Source: Nitrospinaceae bacterium
GTDB lineage: Bacteria > Nitrospinota > Nitrospinia > Nitrospinales > VA-1
Direction: 5' to 3'
Length of the DNA stretch: 64,000 nucleotides
NCBI GenBank assembly: GCA_016763735.1
Contig: JAESTE010000006.1
Span: 778-64,777, forward strand
The number at the start of each line of letters is the position of its first letter. Within the stretch, counting starts at the first letter, position 1. Below the pieces are notes generated by a model. It did not search any database. It was not told the origin of the DNA and saw nothing but the letters and a program-made list of their open reading frames with translations. This document shows, in pieces, positions 53,052 through 63,201 of the stretch. A program made the translations under genes and the position numbers.

Positions 53052-55682
53052 ATGAACGCAGCATCTTACGAAGATACCGAGGCAGTGGAGACACAGGCGC
53101 GTAAGAAGCCCAGACCCCAGGACGTGGACATGAGCTCTGACCATGACCAGGACGGCGAAGACGCTATGTCGGGCGAAGACGACACCATGTCCCCTGAAGC
53201 CATCCGCAAGGAACTCGCTGCTCAGCGCAAGTTCCAGACCACGGAGTCGGAAGACAAGACGGAGGACAGCCAGCGTGTCTTGCAGGACGTGGTGGCCAAC
53301 CTTCAGCGTCAGCGGCAACACCTGAGGGCCCAAGAGGACATGGCAGACATGGCGGCTACTCTCAAGTCTTGTCCCCAGACCGCCAAGGCTCTGATGGCCG
53401 ACGCGGCTGCCAAGAAAGCCAAGAAGGCCAAGCGATTGTCTCTGGCGGCGGACAAGTTGGCGTTTATCAAGACCATGGGCAACAAGCCCGCCAAGAAGAA
53501 GGTGGCTCCCCCTCCTATGTCTGCCAAGGCCCGCATGGCCAGGGCCGTCGCGAACGAGAGGGCCGCCCTCCTCAGCGTGGGTGTGGACCCTGACACCTTG
53601 TCAAACAAGAAGGCTGTCCCACGAGCCCCCAAGTCGCGTGTGGTGGTCAGCGACTCGGACGACGACGACGTGGACGTGGACGAACTGGACTTGACGTCTG
53701 GTCCTCCTCCCCCTCCTCCGACTCCTGTTGCCCCCACCGAGGAGGAAGAGGACGCGATTGAAGACGCGGAAGCAGTGGCCGAAGAGAAGGCCGCGGACGA
53801 CGAGGACGACGACTACCAAGTGGGCGACCAGTCGGGAGAGGAGGAAGAAGAAGAGGAAGAGGAAGAGGACGGCGATGAGGAGGAGGAAGAGGAAGCAGAG
53901 CAATCCGAAGACGACAGTGCAGCCGGAGGAGACCAGAGCGAGGCCATTGGTGTGCAGCAGTCGATGGCCATGGATGCAGACGTGGACATGTATGAGTCCG
54001 ACGAAGAGGACAAGGAAGAGGATGCCAACGTGCCTTCTCCCCCTCCTCCGCGCAAGATCACGTCGAAGAAGCCTCCCACGTCCCGTCCCTCCGCCAAGAA
54101 GCGCAAGGCGGTGGTAATCCCCCCCTCTGACGACGAGGAGGATCAGGAAGAAGAGGACGTCGGCATGGACCAGGAACCGGAGGAAGACCCACTGGAGTCG
54201 ACTCCGCCCTCTACCCCCGTGGTGCAGAAGTTCCCTCCTGTCAAACCCAAGTCCAAGCCCAAGTCCAAAGCCAAGCCTAAGTCCCGGTCCAAGCCCTCTG
54301 CTCCTGTGGCCACTGTCGACTCGGACGCAGCACAGTACACGTCAGTGGAGAACCCTATGTACGAAGGGCCTGCCGCCGAGGACGAGGACCAGATCCCCCG
54401 TGTGTCTGTTGGCAAAGGCTGGACCGACGCCGACCTCAAACTCTTCAAGCCAGGCGACATCAAGCCTACTTCGGTCAAGACCACCAAGACTCGTCTGATG
54501 GGCAAGCGAGTCTACCATATTGGTACGGTGCAGTGCACTCTGCCCGTGGGAGGGTTCCCCTTGGACCACGACCCCAGCTCCAAGCACTTTATAGACACGG
54601 TGTTGCAGGACAACTGGACCCACTTCAAGGTGTGTGTGCCTACGGGTCCGGCAGAGTGGATCTCTCTGTTGACCCTGCCCAAGAAGAAGGATCACCCGCA
54701 GACGTACTGGGCCCCCAAGAGCGGCTTGGTCAAGAAGATTGAACGCGCCATGTGTCGCAACGCTACCTTGGACGGGGAGCAGCGCAAAGACTTTGGCGAC
54801 AAGGTGGGCAACACTCGCCTGGACAACGAGCGGTACCGTCGTGTGGGCAACCTGTGCTTCCAGACTGTTCCGTATTCCAAGAACCAGATCGCGGCCTTGG
54901 TCAAGGCGCAAGGCGCAGACGGTGACGGCGACGTGGGGCAGTACCAACTGCTTGTGCGCCCACTCATGCACTGGGAGGCATGGACCCGGGCTGTGCATTC
55001 GTTCTGCAGCGGCAGGAACAAGCGCGAGGCTGCACGTGACGCCTCCCCTGTGTCGTCTCCTCAAGGCAACAAGTCTCCTGTCAAGAAGCGCAAGGTGGTC
55101 TTCCAGACCTCCCTCGCCGCGTCTGTCGACGCATCATGTGCGGCTGCCGCTGCCAAGGGATCTGCCGCTGATATTGCGGACATCCCTCTGCCCGACGGTG
55201 GCACCCCAGACGACAAGACCTTTGGGGACTTGCATAACCACATAACTTCTCTGGCCGGGGTCGGTTCTGCTGGAGTGGAGGCTGCCATGTACGGTCTCCA
55301 CCGCTCTATGACACCTGCCAAATTCTTGGAGTGGGCCATGTTTGCTGGGCGAGAGAGCCACTTCAGTTCGATGGACCAGCTGATGGAGGTGATCAAACAG
55401 GAATCCGACTTCAAGCCAGAGGAGCGGATGCTGGCGCTGATCGTCATGCAATGCCCCACTGTCATGAACTCCCTGTTGGGTCTGCTCCGTACCTCCATCC
55501 AGCTGACGACGCATCCTTTCCACTCTGCCCCCGCCCCTGACCCCATGATCGCCCTGTCCGCCAAGTACGAGCCTCCGCTTCGCAAGCGCAAGGTCCCGCC
55601 CACGTCATCGAGCAAGTCTGTGCGTAAGGTGGCCACTACCAAACGGACCAAGGGCAAAGTGCCCACGCGACGAGTGAAGTGA
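53052..55682 (+). CDS. large acidic/basic low-complexity nuclear-type protein, unknown function
   Basis: The track start at 53025 is GTG; the ATG is at 53052 (caccATGa). Long poly-Glu/Asp tracts (EEEEEEEEEDGDEEEEEE). A KSKPKSKAKPKSRSKP repeat and several KKRK-type basic clusters. A more globular C-terminal half of about 400 aa. Confidence 0.6.
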   Translation: MNAASYEDTEAVETQARKKPRPQDVDMSSDHDQDGEDAMSGEDDTMSPEAIRKELAAQRKFQTTESEDKTEDSQRVLQDVVANLQRQRQHLRAQEDMADMAATLKSCPQTAKALMADAAAKKAKKAKRLSLAADKLAFIKTMGNKPAKKKVAPPPMSAKARMARAVANERAALLSVGVDPDTLSNKKAVPRAPKSRVVVSDSDDDDVDVDELDLTSGPPPPPPTPVAPTEEEEDAIEDAEAVAEEKAADDEDDDYQVGDQSGEEEEEEEEEEDGDEEEEEEAEQSEDDSAAGGDQSEAIGVQQSMAMDADVDMYESDEEDKEEDANVPSPPPPRKITSKKPPTSRPSAKKRKAVVIPPSDDEEDQEEEDVGMDQEPEEDPLESTPPSTPVVQKFPPVKPKSKPKSKAKPKSRSKPSAPVATVDSDAAQYTSVENPMYEGPAAEDEDQIPRVSVGKGWTDADLKLFKPGDIKPTSVKTTKTRLMGKRVYHIGTVQCTLPVGGFPLDHDPSSKHFIDTVLQDNWTHFKVCVPTGPAEWISLLTLPKKKDHPQTYWAPKSGLVKKIERAMCRNATLDGEQRKDFGDKVGNTRLDNERYRRVGNLCFQTVPYSKNQIAALVKAQGADGDGDVGQYQLLVRPLMHWEAWTRAVHSFCSGRNKREAARDASPVSSPQGNKSPVKKRKVVFQTSLAASVDASCAAAAAKGSAADIADIPLPDGGTPDDKTFGDLHNHITSLAGVGSAGVEAAMYGLHRSMTPAKFLEWAMFAGRESHFSSMDQLMEVIKQESDFKPEERMLALIVMQCPTVMNSLLGLLRTSIQLTTHPFHSAPAPDPMIALSAKYEPPLRKRKVPPTSSSKSVRKVATTKRTKGKVPTRRVK

Positions 55683-55753
55683 GTAGTGAGTGCGCCAAGT
55701 CAGGCGTAGTGTGTGCCGTTGTGAATACCAATACAATACTGTTCCCTTTGACC

Positions 55754-56362
55754 ATGCCTCCCAAGAAAGTCCCCCAAAGTGGCAAGAAGACCAAGAACCT
55801 GCCTCGCCCGGTGCGTCCGCGCAAGAGACGCAAGCTGATCGAGTCGGGTACAGCCCACAAGATCAGGGCCAAGTCTGTCAAGCACCAGGCGCGGCGGGTC
55901 GCAGACTTGGCAGAGGGGCGCAAGGGCCGGTCCCGTCCCTTTGTGTGTGCTGCGTGCAAGGTCAAGACCACGGCATTAGTATTGTCTCGAAGGTGTGCGG
56001 CGTTCCATACCGCACTGGCCCCCGACACCTACGGCATTCGCTACTCTCTCATCTACGCGCGGGTGCTGGAACGGCTGGACGAGGGACACGGGGTGCTGTG
56101 TGGCAAGTGCGAAGGCTACCCAGACGCCAACGTGTTCAAGGCTGAGCTGGAAGTGAACGACAACGTGTGGTTACGAAAGAATTTACTCAAGTGGTTCGGC
56201 GCGGCCGTGATCAAGGACATGCCCCCGATGTCAGAGGGTGGCACGTTGGTGCGCAAACCCAAAGGGCAACGAAGCAGCAGCAGTAGCAAGTCTGCCGTGG
56301 CGCCGGTCAGGCAGGAGCCGCCAACGCGTACCGGTCCAGTCGCCCCAAGTCTGCCCCACTAG
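55754..56362 (+). CDS. very basic protein with C-x2-C...C-x2-C zinc-ribbon-like motif
   Basis: gaccATGc at 55754 gives MPPKKVPQSGKKTKNLPRPVRPRKRRK. It contains CAAC...CGKC. The 3' end overlaps the convergent giant gene by 56 nt. Confidence 0.55.
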   Translation: MPPKKVPQSGKKTKNLPRPVRPRKRRKLIESGTAHKIRAKSVKHQARRVADLAEGRKGRSRPFVCAACKVKTTALVLSRRCAAFHTALAPDTYGIRYSLIYARVLERLDEGHGVLCGKCEGYPDANVFKAELEVNDNVWLRKNLLKWFGAAVIKDMPPMSEGGTLVRKPKGQRSSSSSKSAVAPVRQEPPTRTGPVAPSLPH

Positions 56363-59300
56363 AGAACATGCGCATCATCGCGCGCCATGTCTGACGAGGC
56401 ATCCCCGTCTGGATGAATTGAGGACATCCGTGCAGAAGACGACGAGGCTTCACGTGTGCCAGCATATGCAGCCGGCGCGCGTGCCACGATCTAAATATAT
56501 CAACCTTGTCTCCGTCCTTTAGTCTACCTGACCGCGCCACCTGTTCCAGTGCGTACCACCCCACGGTAGCGTCCGACAAACGTGGAGCGTCCAGCACCAG
56601 GTAGGGGGCCACACCCTTGGTGGGGAACATGCCACCGGTCGTGTCCATGTCGTTGGACGTCATGCCCATGGCCTCGTCCTCGTCTCCCGATTCTTCCTCT
56701 GATACTTCCTCTGGGTCGCTCTTGTAATCAGAGTCGTCTTCGCCGCTGTCGTCCACGATTAGAGTCGTCTTGGTGACGGCGTAGGACGACGACATACCCT
56801 TGAGCATACGTGGGGCTTGGTGCAGCACCAGGCTGGACAGTTGATGCAGACGGGTGTGCACGTCTGCCACGCTCTCGTGGGGTCGACGCCCGATACGGAT
56901 CTGGTTCATGCGTCGCACCAGGATGTCTTCTGATTTGACGCCTACCGGAACCTCCAGCTTGCCGTCAAACAACAACAGGTCACGGGCCTGGTCCGGCTCC
57001 GTCATGACGGTGTTGATCCAGGCCGCGCTGTCGTCTCGGTTGTAGTCGATAGGTCCAATGTCCATTGCGGTCTGCATGGCGTCGATCAGTTTCATGGTGG
57101 CGTGGGCCCGTTGCTGCTGTACCAAGAACAACTTGAGGTGGGACGCCAGCTTGCTCTGCCCGTACGACTGGACGGCTTCCGGAGTGGTGACAGTGCTTGC
57201 CACCAACTTCCGGGCCGCCTTGGGGATGTGTTGGATCCCGCCCAAGAACGACGCACGCTCCAGCAGTTCGCGGGTCAGGATGGAGTTGCGCAGAGAGGGC
57301 AGAGTACGGGTCATTTGCAAGGACGTGTCGGCGTTCCCGATCTTGTTGTCCCGTACGTGGCGCATGAGGGTTTGTAGGATGTTTGCCGAGCGCACACCCT
57401 TCAGTCCGGGTGTGTCAGGCATAGAGGTGTACTCCAGGTCGTCGCCGAGTTCTTTGAGTGACGCTGTCCATATCTCGGCCAGGGCTTTCTGGGCTTGTCC
57501 AGCGGCTCGTGCTTCCGCGAACTGTGCCACAGAATGCCACGGTCCGTCAGGGGAAGACAGTACACGGTTGAGGTTCTCCATGCCGGCCTCCATGACTTCG
57601 GGACCCGCGTTCCCTTGGGCCCGGGCGATACCGTAGTCGCGCAGAGACGTGAAGGCCTGGGTCACCAACGGGTCCAGTGTGTCCATGACGTCTCCCAGTT
57701 CACCCAGTTGACGCGTGGCCACGATCAACCAGCTGGCGGTAGTGAACTGTACGTTGGAAAGACGCGAGTCGTGTCGCATCTCCAACACGGTGGCGTGCTC
57801 CGTGACCCGTCCGGCCGCGGCAGAGCCTCCCACCAGATCAAACGACGTGGACGACCCCGAGGCACTGTCTGTGTCCAGGTCGGCGCCCAGGGTACGAGTG
57901 TAGCGTTTGAGTCGGGACACAATGCCACGAGCAGTGGACAAGGCACGAGGGGTTACGTCGTCCTTTTTCATTTGTGCCACGTACGTCAAGAGGGTGGCCC
58001 ATCCGTCCTGGTACGCCGCAGTGGTGAGGGCCAATTGACCATGGTTGCGGGAGGACGTGGCGTCTTCTATCCGCGTACGCAACGACAACACCACGTTGGC
58101 CAGGAACTGCACGTGAGCCACAGACGGTTCGGTGTGGGTGGGGTCCAGTCGCGGCGCAGGGATCATGGCCAGTTCCATCTTCTCGTCTTCGTCGTCTACA
58201 CGAGGGGGGAAGGACCCGGGTGCGTCCGTGCTACTGTTACGGTCGAGGACAGCAATCATGTCCCTGGTGTCTCGGATCTGCTGACCTCGACTGAGGAGCC
58301 GGGCCTGTGCCTCGTTGCTTTTCTTGGTAGGACGACCCTTCTTGGAGACCAGCTTGTTGTCTGTCTTCTGGCTGCGTTCCATGGCGGTCATTTTCTGCAT
58401 GAGGTCTCTGCGCTGAGGACCGTGGCGTGCTTCCACCAAGATGTTGTGCAGGGTGGCTCGAGTAGACGCAGTATGGGCAAACAGAGACACAGGGCGGCCG
58501 TACCGCGTGGAATCGTGGTCAGGGGTGTCCATGTCCATGCCTCGGCGTCCGGCAGCCACCAGGGTGTAGAGGGTAGACGTGTCCACCGAGGTAGGCACCA
58601 TGAGGGTGGCCAGCTGGAGCAACTGCCGGGCCTCAGCAGTGTACTGCAAGATGTCTCGCTCGGGTACACGGGCGTGCTGAACCCTGAACGTAGCGGCCAG
58701 GTCGGCGAACCGGTCATGGGCCGCGAACTCCTTGCGCATGAAGTGGACGGTAGCCACCAGGGTGTCAAGGGTGGACTCCCTGACGTTCTCTCGTGACGCC
58801 AAGACCATGAGATCGGCCCACGCACGGCGCCCAGTCTTTGACTCTGCCCGGATACTTGACGACGTGAACGCCAGCCACTTGTACTCTTCTGTGTTGCGCA
58901 ACGTGGCAATGGTCTGGGGCTCGTCTGTGTCGTCTGCAGTGAGTGCACTCGCGGGCAACAACCCGGCGTCACCTAGCGCCCCCCATATAGCTGTATTGAG
59001 GAGTGCCGGTACATCTTCGTCGTCGTCGCTGCTGCCACTGCTGCTCTCTTCCTCCTGCTCGTCTTCCTCTTCCTCCACGTCTTCGTCGCTGGCGTCCTCG
59101 TCCACGTACACCGAGACACGGATGTTCTTGTGGTGTATCCGTCGCTTGTCTTTGCGGCTGGTCTTGCGTTCCACGGCTCGTTCGGCAGAGGCCAGGGCCA
59201 CTACGTTCTCGTGGAACAGGAGTCCCACCTCAATGGCCGCCCCCAACGCCACACCGGACACACCACGTAGGGTGACATGGCCCAATTTGGACTCGGGTGT

Positions 59301-62300
59301 GGCCTTGCGGCGTGCGGCGAACTCCCGGGCGTCCAGTCGAACCGGATGGTCAGGGTACATGGACACGTCGGCCACCGTCTCGGCACGCACATTGGCCAGA
59401 GTGGTGTGGGCCTGGCGCTGGGCTTGACGTAGGGTGTCTTCCGTGGCCTGTGTTTGCTTGATGCGCTGCTCGGCCAAGTCAAAGTCAGACTTGTGGGACA
59501 CCAACACTCCCTTCAGGTTGGCTACTGGGGCCTTTCTGGCGTGTGCCGCCTCGATCTGAGCGTCCACCTCTTCCATACGGGTGTGTGCAGCGTCACGTTC
59601 TTTGGCAAACCAGGCCTTTTGGTGCACGGCCCGGTCCACCAACTCGGAGCGTACCTTCAGACGGGTCTCTGCGTGGGCCACCTTGCGTTCGTGGTACTGT
59701 TTGAACGCCTGGCCCTGGGCCCGGACCACCAATGTGCCCCATCCGCCTTGGTCAGCTGTGGATTCAAAGTTCTGGGTCCACGACGTCACCAACCGATGCG
59801 ACACCTCCGAGTCCACAGACAGCTGGGTCTCCAACGCGGTCATGGCGGCCTGGTGCACCGGCTTGGACGTGTCGGTGACGTACTTGTTGAAGAACTTCAT
59901 GCCGTGACGGGTCAGCAAGGCACGAACGGTGATGTGGCGTGCGGGCGGGAAGTACCCCTTGACCCCGAAGTACGCCATGATAAACCGTCGGGTGCCCAAG
60001 CTGAACTCGTCGTCCACGTTGATGCGTCGTACCATGTGCCACGCATTGGCTTTGCGTTTCTTGGGGACACCCTTCTCGTCTTCGTCTTCGCTGGTCCCGT
60101 CAGAAGTCCCGTCCGAGGTCCCGTCCGAGGTCCACCCGTCCTCTGACCCCGACGACTCGTCGCCTGCTTCCCGTCCAGGGAGTGCGGCCGGGTTAAGCAA
60201 CAGGAAGCGGTTGCGCAAGGCTATGCGGGCCCGCTTCAAGCTCACACGTGTCACCTGGTCCAAGTCAAACTCCTGGTCTCGGGCCACAGTGACCAGGCTG
60301 GCTTGGCGTTGGTTCCATTCTCTGGTGCTGGTAAGGCAGCGCTTGTCGCGTAGCAGCAGCAACAACAACTGTTCACGGTGGTTGTTCAGCTCCACCGACC
60401 GGTCGCCCTCCAGGGTCTGCACGATGGCAGTGGCCCATTGCATCAACCACTCGGGGGAGGTGGTGGACTTGGGGGCGAACTGCTTGAGTTCCTCCACAAA
60501 CTCCATCCTCTGCGACGACACCGCTGCGTCTACTTGTGCGTGGGTGCTGTCTGCGGCATTCACCAGACGGGTGGCCTTGGCGTGGGGAAGGTCGGAGGAA
60601 GAGTCGTCGTCGGAGTCACGGGCCTTGCGTTTGGTGGTGACCACTGCCTTGTCGTCCTCGTCTTCTTCTGTGTCTGCCTCGGCGAACGCGTCCACGTCCA
60701 TGTCTTTCTCGTCCGGGGCTTCGTTGTCTTTCTCTTCCATGTCCACGTCCATGTCTTCCTCTTCCGATCCACGACCGAACGACTTGGGTACACCGTGTGC
60801 GCGGGCCCGTGCCAGGACACGTCTCATCTCCCCCGAGTCTCCGTCGCTGCACAGGGCGTCGTACACCACAGACAGGGACCGCCCGGTGTCGTACACAGAC
60901 TTGATGAGGTCCATGCCTTGCCTGCTGAGCCGTCCCCCGCCCATGCTGGCACGGCTGTCGGACATGTCGGACAGCTGGTTGATGACGATGGTGGACAGTT
61001 GGGTGCTGGTGGCGTCAGGTTTGTCTTGGGCCAGACGCACCACCCGCGTGGCCACCGCCATCATGATCTCGCGGTACACGTCACGGTGCAGGTGGGCAAA
61101 CTGGTTGGCGGCCTTGTTCACGTTCTTCGATTCCCTTCTGATGGCTTTGGCGTCTTGCTCCTTCAGGGGTTTCTTCTTCCACGCGGCCAAACGTGTGGAG
61201 GCTTCCTCCCAGAGGTTCACGACATGGGGACCCCAGTCCAGTGACAAAGTGATCTGACGCACCAGGTGACGGGCCAACAGACCCACCAAGGGCTGGAGAG
61301 ACTTCATGGTCTGTCGCGCGGCTGCCTGGTCCATGCCCAGTGCGCCACTGTCCGACACCACCCGGTGAAGCAGCTCGTGTTCGGCCAGTACGTTGAGTGA
61401 GGTGTCCACTGCTTCGGGGTGCCACAGACTCTGGTGGGTAATCATCAACCGGTCGATTGCGTAGATCGAAGGGAACTCGGGCTCGTCCACGGCTACCCCG
61501 TAGGTCGCCCCAGAGAAGGTGAAGGGGGTCGCCACGATCAAAACCCCCGACGGGTGCTTGGGCAGCAGAGAAGAGGGGATGCCTCCCAGCGGCACCGACT
61601 CGGCGTACATGGACACCAAGGCGTTGACGTGATGGATGGACTCCTGCAGGATCATGGCAGGGATGGGTAGCATGGGCTGGGGATTGAACAGCTCGCGCAA
61701 CTGGGCGTCGCGGCGTATGTCCACAGGCCCCAGCAGGTCGCACCGGTCGAAGCCACAGAACATAGTCTGCTGTTCCAGCCAGGCGCTCACCCGGAAGATC
61801 CACGCGTACCGGTGGCACACGGGGCACATGAAGATCACGCGTTCCTGTAAGTGGTAGGTGTGCATCTGGCGTCGCTCCTGGGTACGTTCGCTCAACAGGC
61901 TGCGCAAGAGCATGGGGTCGTACGCGTGCTTGTTGGCCCGGACTTCGTGGGCGTCTTTGATGGCCAGCAGCAGACGGGACCGTGCGTTCGAACCTGACGA
62001 CAGTTCGGTGTTGCGTGCACCAGGCATGAGGGAAGCGTGTGCTTCGTCGTCGAAGACCAGTCGGGCTTTGAAGGCCGCTTGCTTCTTGCCAGTCAACCCT
62101 CTGAGCTGGTCCGGGGTGGCGAAGGCGGCGTCCTCTCGAGCAGGGATCAAGTGGCTCAGCGGGTGTTGAGGCTTGTTCAATTGTGATCCGTAGCGGAACC
62201 CGTGTTCTAGGCGGGGTGCACGGTATACGAAGCGGGCGGCACTGACGGCGACCGTGTGGGGGTCGTTGATGGGGGCGATCGACAGTCGGATGGCGTTGAT

Positions 62301-62690
62301 CATGGCGGTCACAGAGTGGAACTTCACCCCGTTGGCTTGGTACAGCAGGTCTGTGCGGCGCTGATGTTCCCGGGCAGCACGGGTGTAGGCCTTGCGTGCC
62401 TTGGCCCGGGGCGCACACAGCAGGATGGGCATGTCGGGCAGACGACGCCACTTGGCCCACCGTATGACCCGCTTCTGCACGCCGGCGTGGTCGGCAGGGT
62501 CGTGGGGCAGCAGTACGTTGGACATGGCCACCGTGGCGTTGTCTGCGTGGGCCCAGGGGTGCACCATGATTATGGTCCAGGGCATGAGGTTGTACGCCAT
62601 GGCCGCTTTCCCGGCATTGGGGGTCCACAGGGCATTGACCTCCACCCGCAGCCGGGCCACGGGCTTTCCCTTGCGTTCGGTCGAGGCCAT
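56307..62690 (-). CDS. giant protein of unknown function (about 2127 aa)
   Basis: The track ORF starts with TTG at 62759; the first ATG is at 62690 (MASTERKGKPV). Mostly helical-looking sequence with several acidic tracts and a DGTSDGTSDGTS repeat. No catalytic motif recognised by eye. Confidence 0.7.
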   Translation of the reverse strand: MASTERKGKPVARLRVEVNALWTPNAGKAAMAYNLMPWTIIMVHPWAHADNATVAMSNVLLPHDPADHAGVQKRVIRWAKWRRLPDMPILLCAPRAKARKAYTRAAREHQRRTDLLYQANGVKFHSVTAMINAIRLSIAPINDPHTVAVSAARFVYRAPRLEHGFRYGSQLNKPQHPLSHLIPAREDAAFATPDQLRGLTGKKQAAFKARLVFDDEAHASLMPGARNTELSSGSNARSRLLLAIKDAHEVRANKHAYDPMLLRSLLSERTQERRQMHTYHLQERVIFMCPVCHRYAWIFRVSAWLEQQTMFCGFDRCDLLGPVDIRRDAQLRELFNPQPMLPIPAMILQESIHHVNALVSMYAESVPLGGIPSSLLPKHPSGVLIVATPFTFSGATYGVAVDEPEFPSIYAIDRLMITHQSLWHPEAVDTSLNVLAEHELLHRVVSDSGALGMDQAAARQTMKSLQPLVGLLARHLVRQITLSLDWGPHVVNLWEEASTRLAAWKKKPLKEQDAKAIRRESKNVNKAANQFAHLHRDVYREIMMAVATRVVRLAQDKPDATSTQLSTIVINQLSDMSDSRASMGGGRLSRQGMDLIKSVYDTGRSLSVVYDALCSDGDSGEMRRVLARARAHGVPKSFGRGSEEEDMDVDMEEKDNEAPDEKDMDVDAFAEADTEEDEDDKAVVTTKRKARDSDDDSSSDLPHAKATRLVNAADSTHAQVDAAVSSQRMEFVEELKQFAPKSTTSPEWLMQWATAIVQTLEGDRSVELNNHREQLLLLLLRDKRCLTSTREWNQRQASLVTVARDQEFDLDQVTRVSLKRARIALRNRFLLLNPAALPGREAGDESSGSEDGWTSDGTSDGTSDGTSEDEDEKGVPKKRKANAWHMVRRINVDDEFSLGTRRFIMAYFGVKGYFPPARHITVRALLTRHGMKFFNKYVTDTSKPVHQAAMTALETQLSVDSEVSHRLVTSWTQNFESTADQGGWGTLVVRAQGQAFKQYHERKVAHAETRLKVRSELVDRAVHQKAWFAKERDAAHTRMEEVDAQIEAAHARKAPVANLKGVLVSHKSDFDLAEQRIKQTQATEDTLRQAQRQAHTTLANVRAETVADVSMYPDHPVRLDAREFAARRKATPESKLGHVTLRGVSGVALGAAIEVGLLFHENVVALASAERAVERKTSRKDKRRIHHKNIRVSVYVDEDASDEDVEEEEDEQEEESSSGSSDDDEDVPALLNTAIWGALGDAGLLPASALTADDTDEPQTIATLRNTEEYKWLAFTSSSIRAESKTGRRAWADLMVLASRENVRESTLDTLVATVHFMRKEFAAHDRFADLAATFRVQHARVPERDILQYTAEARQLLQLATLMVPTSVDTSTLYTLVAAGRRGMDMDTPDHDSTRYGRPVSLFAHTASTRATLHNILVEARHGPQRRDLMQKMTAMERSQKTDNKLVSKKGRPTKKSNEAQARLLSRGQQIRDTRDMIAVLDRNSSTDAPGSFPPRVDDEDEKMELAMIPAPRLDPTHTEPSVAHVQFLANVVLSLRTRIEDATSSRNHGQLALTTAAYQDGWATLLTYVAQMKKDDVTPRALSTARGIVSRLKRYTRTLGADLDTDSASGSSTSFDLVGGSAAAGRVTEHATVLEMRHDSRLSNVQFTTASWLIVATRQLGELGDVMDTLDPLVTQAFTSLRDYGIARAQGNAGPEVMEAGMENLNRVLSSPDGPWHSVAQFAEARAAGQAQKALAEIWTASLKELGDDLEYTSMPDTPGLKGVRSANILQTLMRHVRDNKIGNADTSLQMTRTLPSLRNSILTRELLERASFLGGIQHIPKAARKLVASTVTTPEAVQSYGQSKLASHLKLFLVQQQRAHATMKLIDAMQTAMDIGPIDYNRDDSAAWINTVMTEPDQARDLLLFDGKLEVPVGVKSEDILVRRMNQIRIGRRPHESVADVHTRLHQLSSLVLHQAPRMLKGMSSSYAVTKTTLIVDDSGEDDSDYKSDPEEVSEEESGDEDEAMGMTSNDMDTTGGMFPTKGVAPYLVLDAPRLSDATVGWYALEQVARSGRLKDGDKVDIFRSWHARRLHMLAHVKPRRLLHGCPQFIQTGMPRQTWRAMMRMFSSGADLGRLDRYALAAPA

Positions 62691-62777
62691 GCTGGACCCT
62701 CGGCCAATCGTTGTACACAATCGCACCGCCTGCTGATGTTTAGAGAACGCGGGAGGCAATCCGAAGAATGTATGTGT

Positions 62778-63131
62778 CTACTGACTCGGGCGAGACGACT
62801 TGAGCAGGCGCAGACGGAGTTCGCTGGGGGCGACGCGGGCACGGGAAGGGGTGCCTTCCTTGTCTCCGGAGACGGCAGGCGTGGTGGCAGAGTCACTGGA
62901 CGAAGAGGATTCGGCAGGCACTCGGCGGCAGAGGCATACGCAGATCTTGACCAACAGGAACGACAGGAGGATCACCAGTACCACTACGTACCACGAGATC
63001 GTCCACCTAGTGGGAACACACGCGTGTCCGGTGCGCCAATGCTGCACACACGCCCAGCCGGTGCGGTCGTCGTGTTCAAGCGCGTTTCGCAGTCCGCGTC
63101 CCAAGAGTACTGGGGTGGCAGAGAATTCCAT
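62778..63131 (-). CDS. small single-pass membrane protein (tentative)
   Basis: 117 aa with a true ATG at 63131. Clear TM ISWYVVVLVILLSFLLVKICVCLC, then a Ser-rich tail. It competes with overlapping plus-strand ORFs that look like shadow frames. Confidence 0.4.
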   Translation of the reverse strand: MEFSATPVLLGRGLRNALEHDDRTGWACVQHWRTGHACVPTRWTISWYVVVLVILLSFLLVKICVCLCRRVPAESSSSSDSATTPAVSGDKEGTPSRARVAPSELRLRLLKSSRPSQ

Positions 63132-63201
63132 GCACAGACACTTGTACCTATTCGTTTCGTAAAACAGTTTACACCAGGCCTCCTTTCAGTTGCCAGAACA
63201 C

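Noticed and set aside
50973-56362. A search for a second histone fold (H3, H2A, H2B, or a fused doublet) next to the H4-like gene.
   Set aside because: None of the neighbouring ORFs shows the helix-strand-helix histone-fold pattern or H3/H2A/H2B signature motifs by eye. The N-terminal extension of the H4-like protein is low-complexity, not a second fold.
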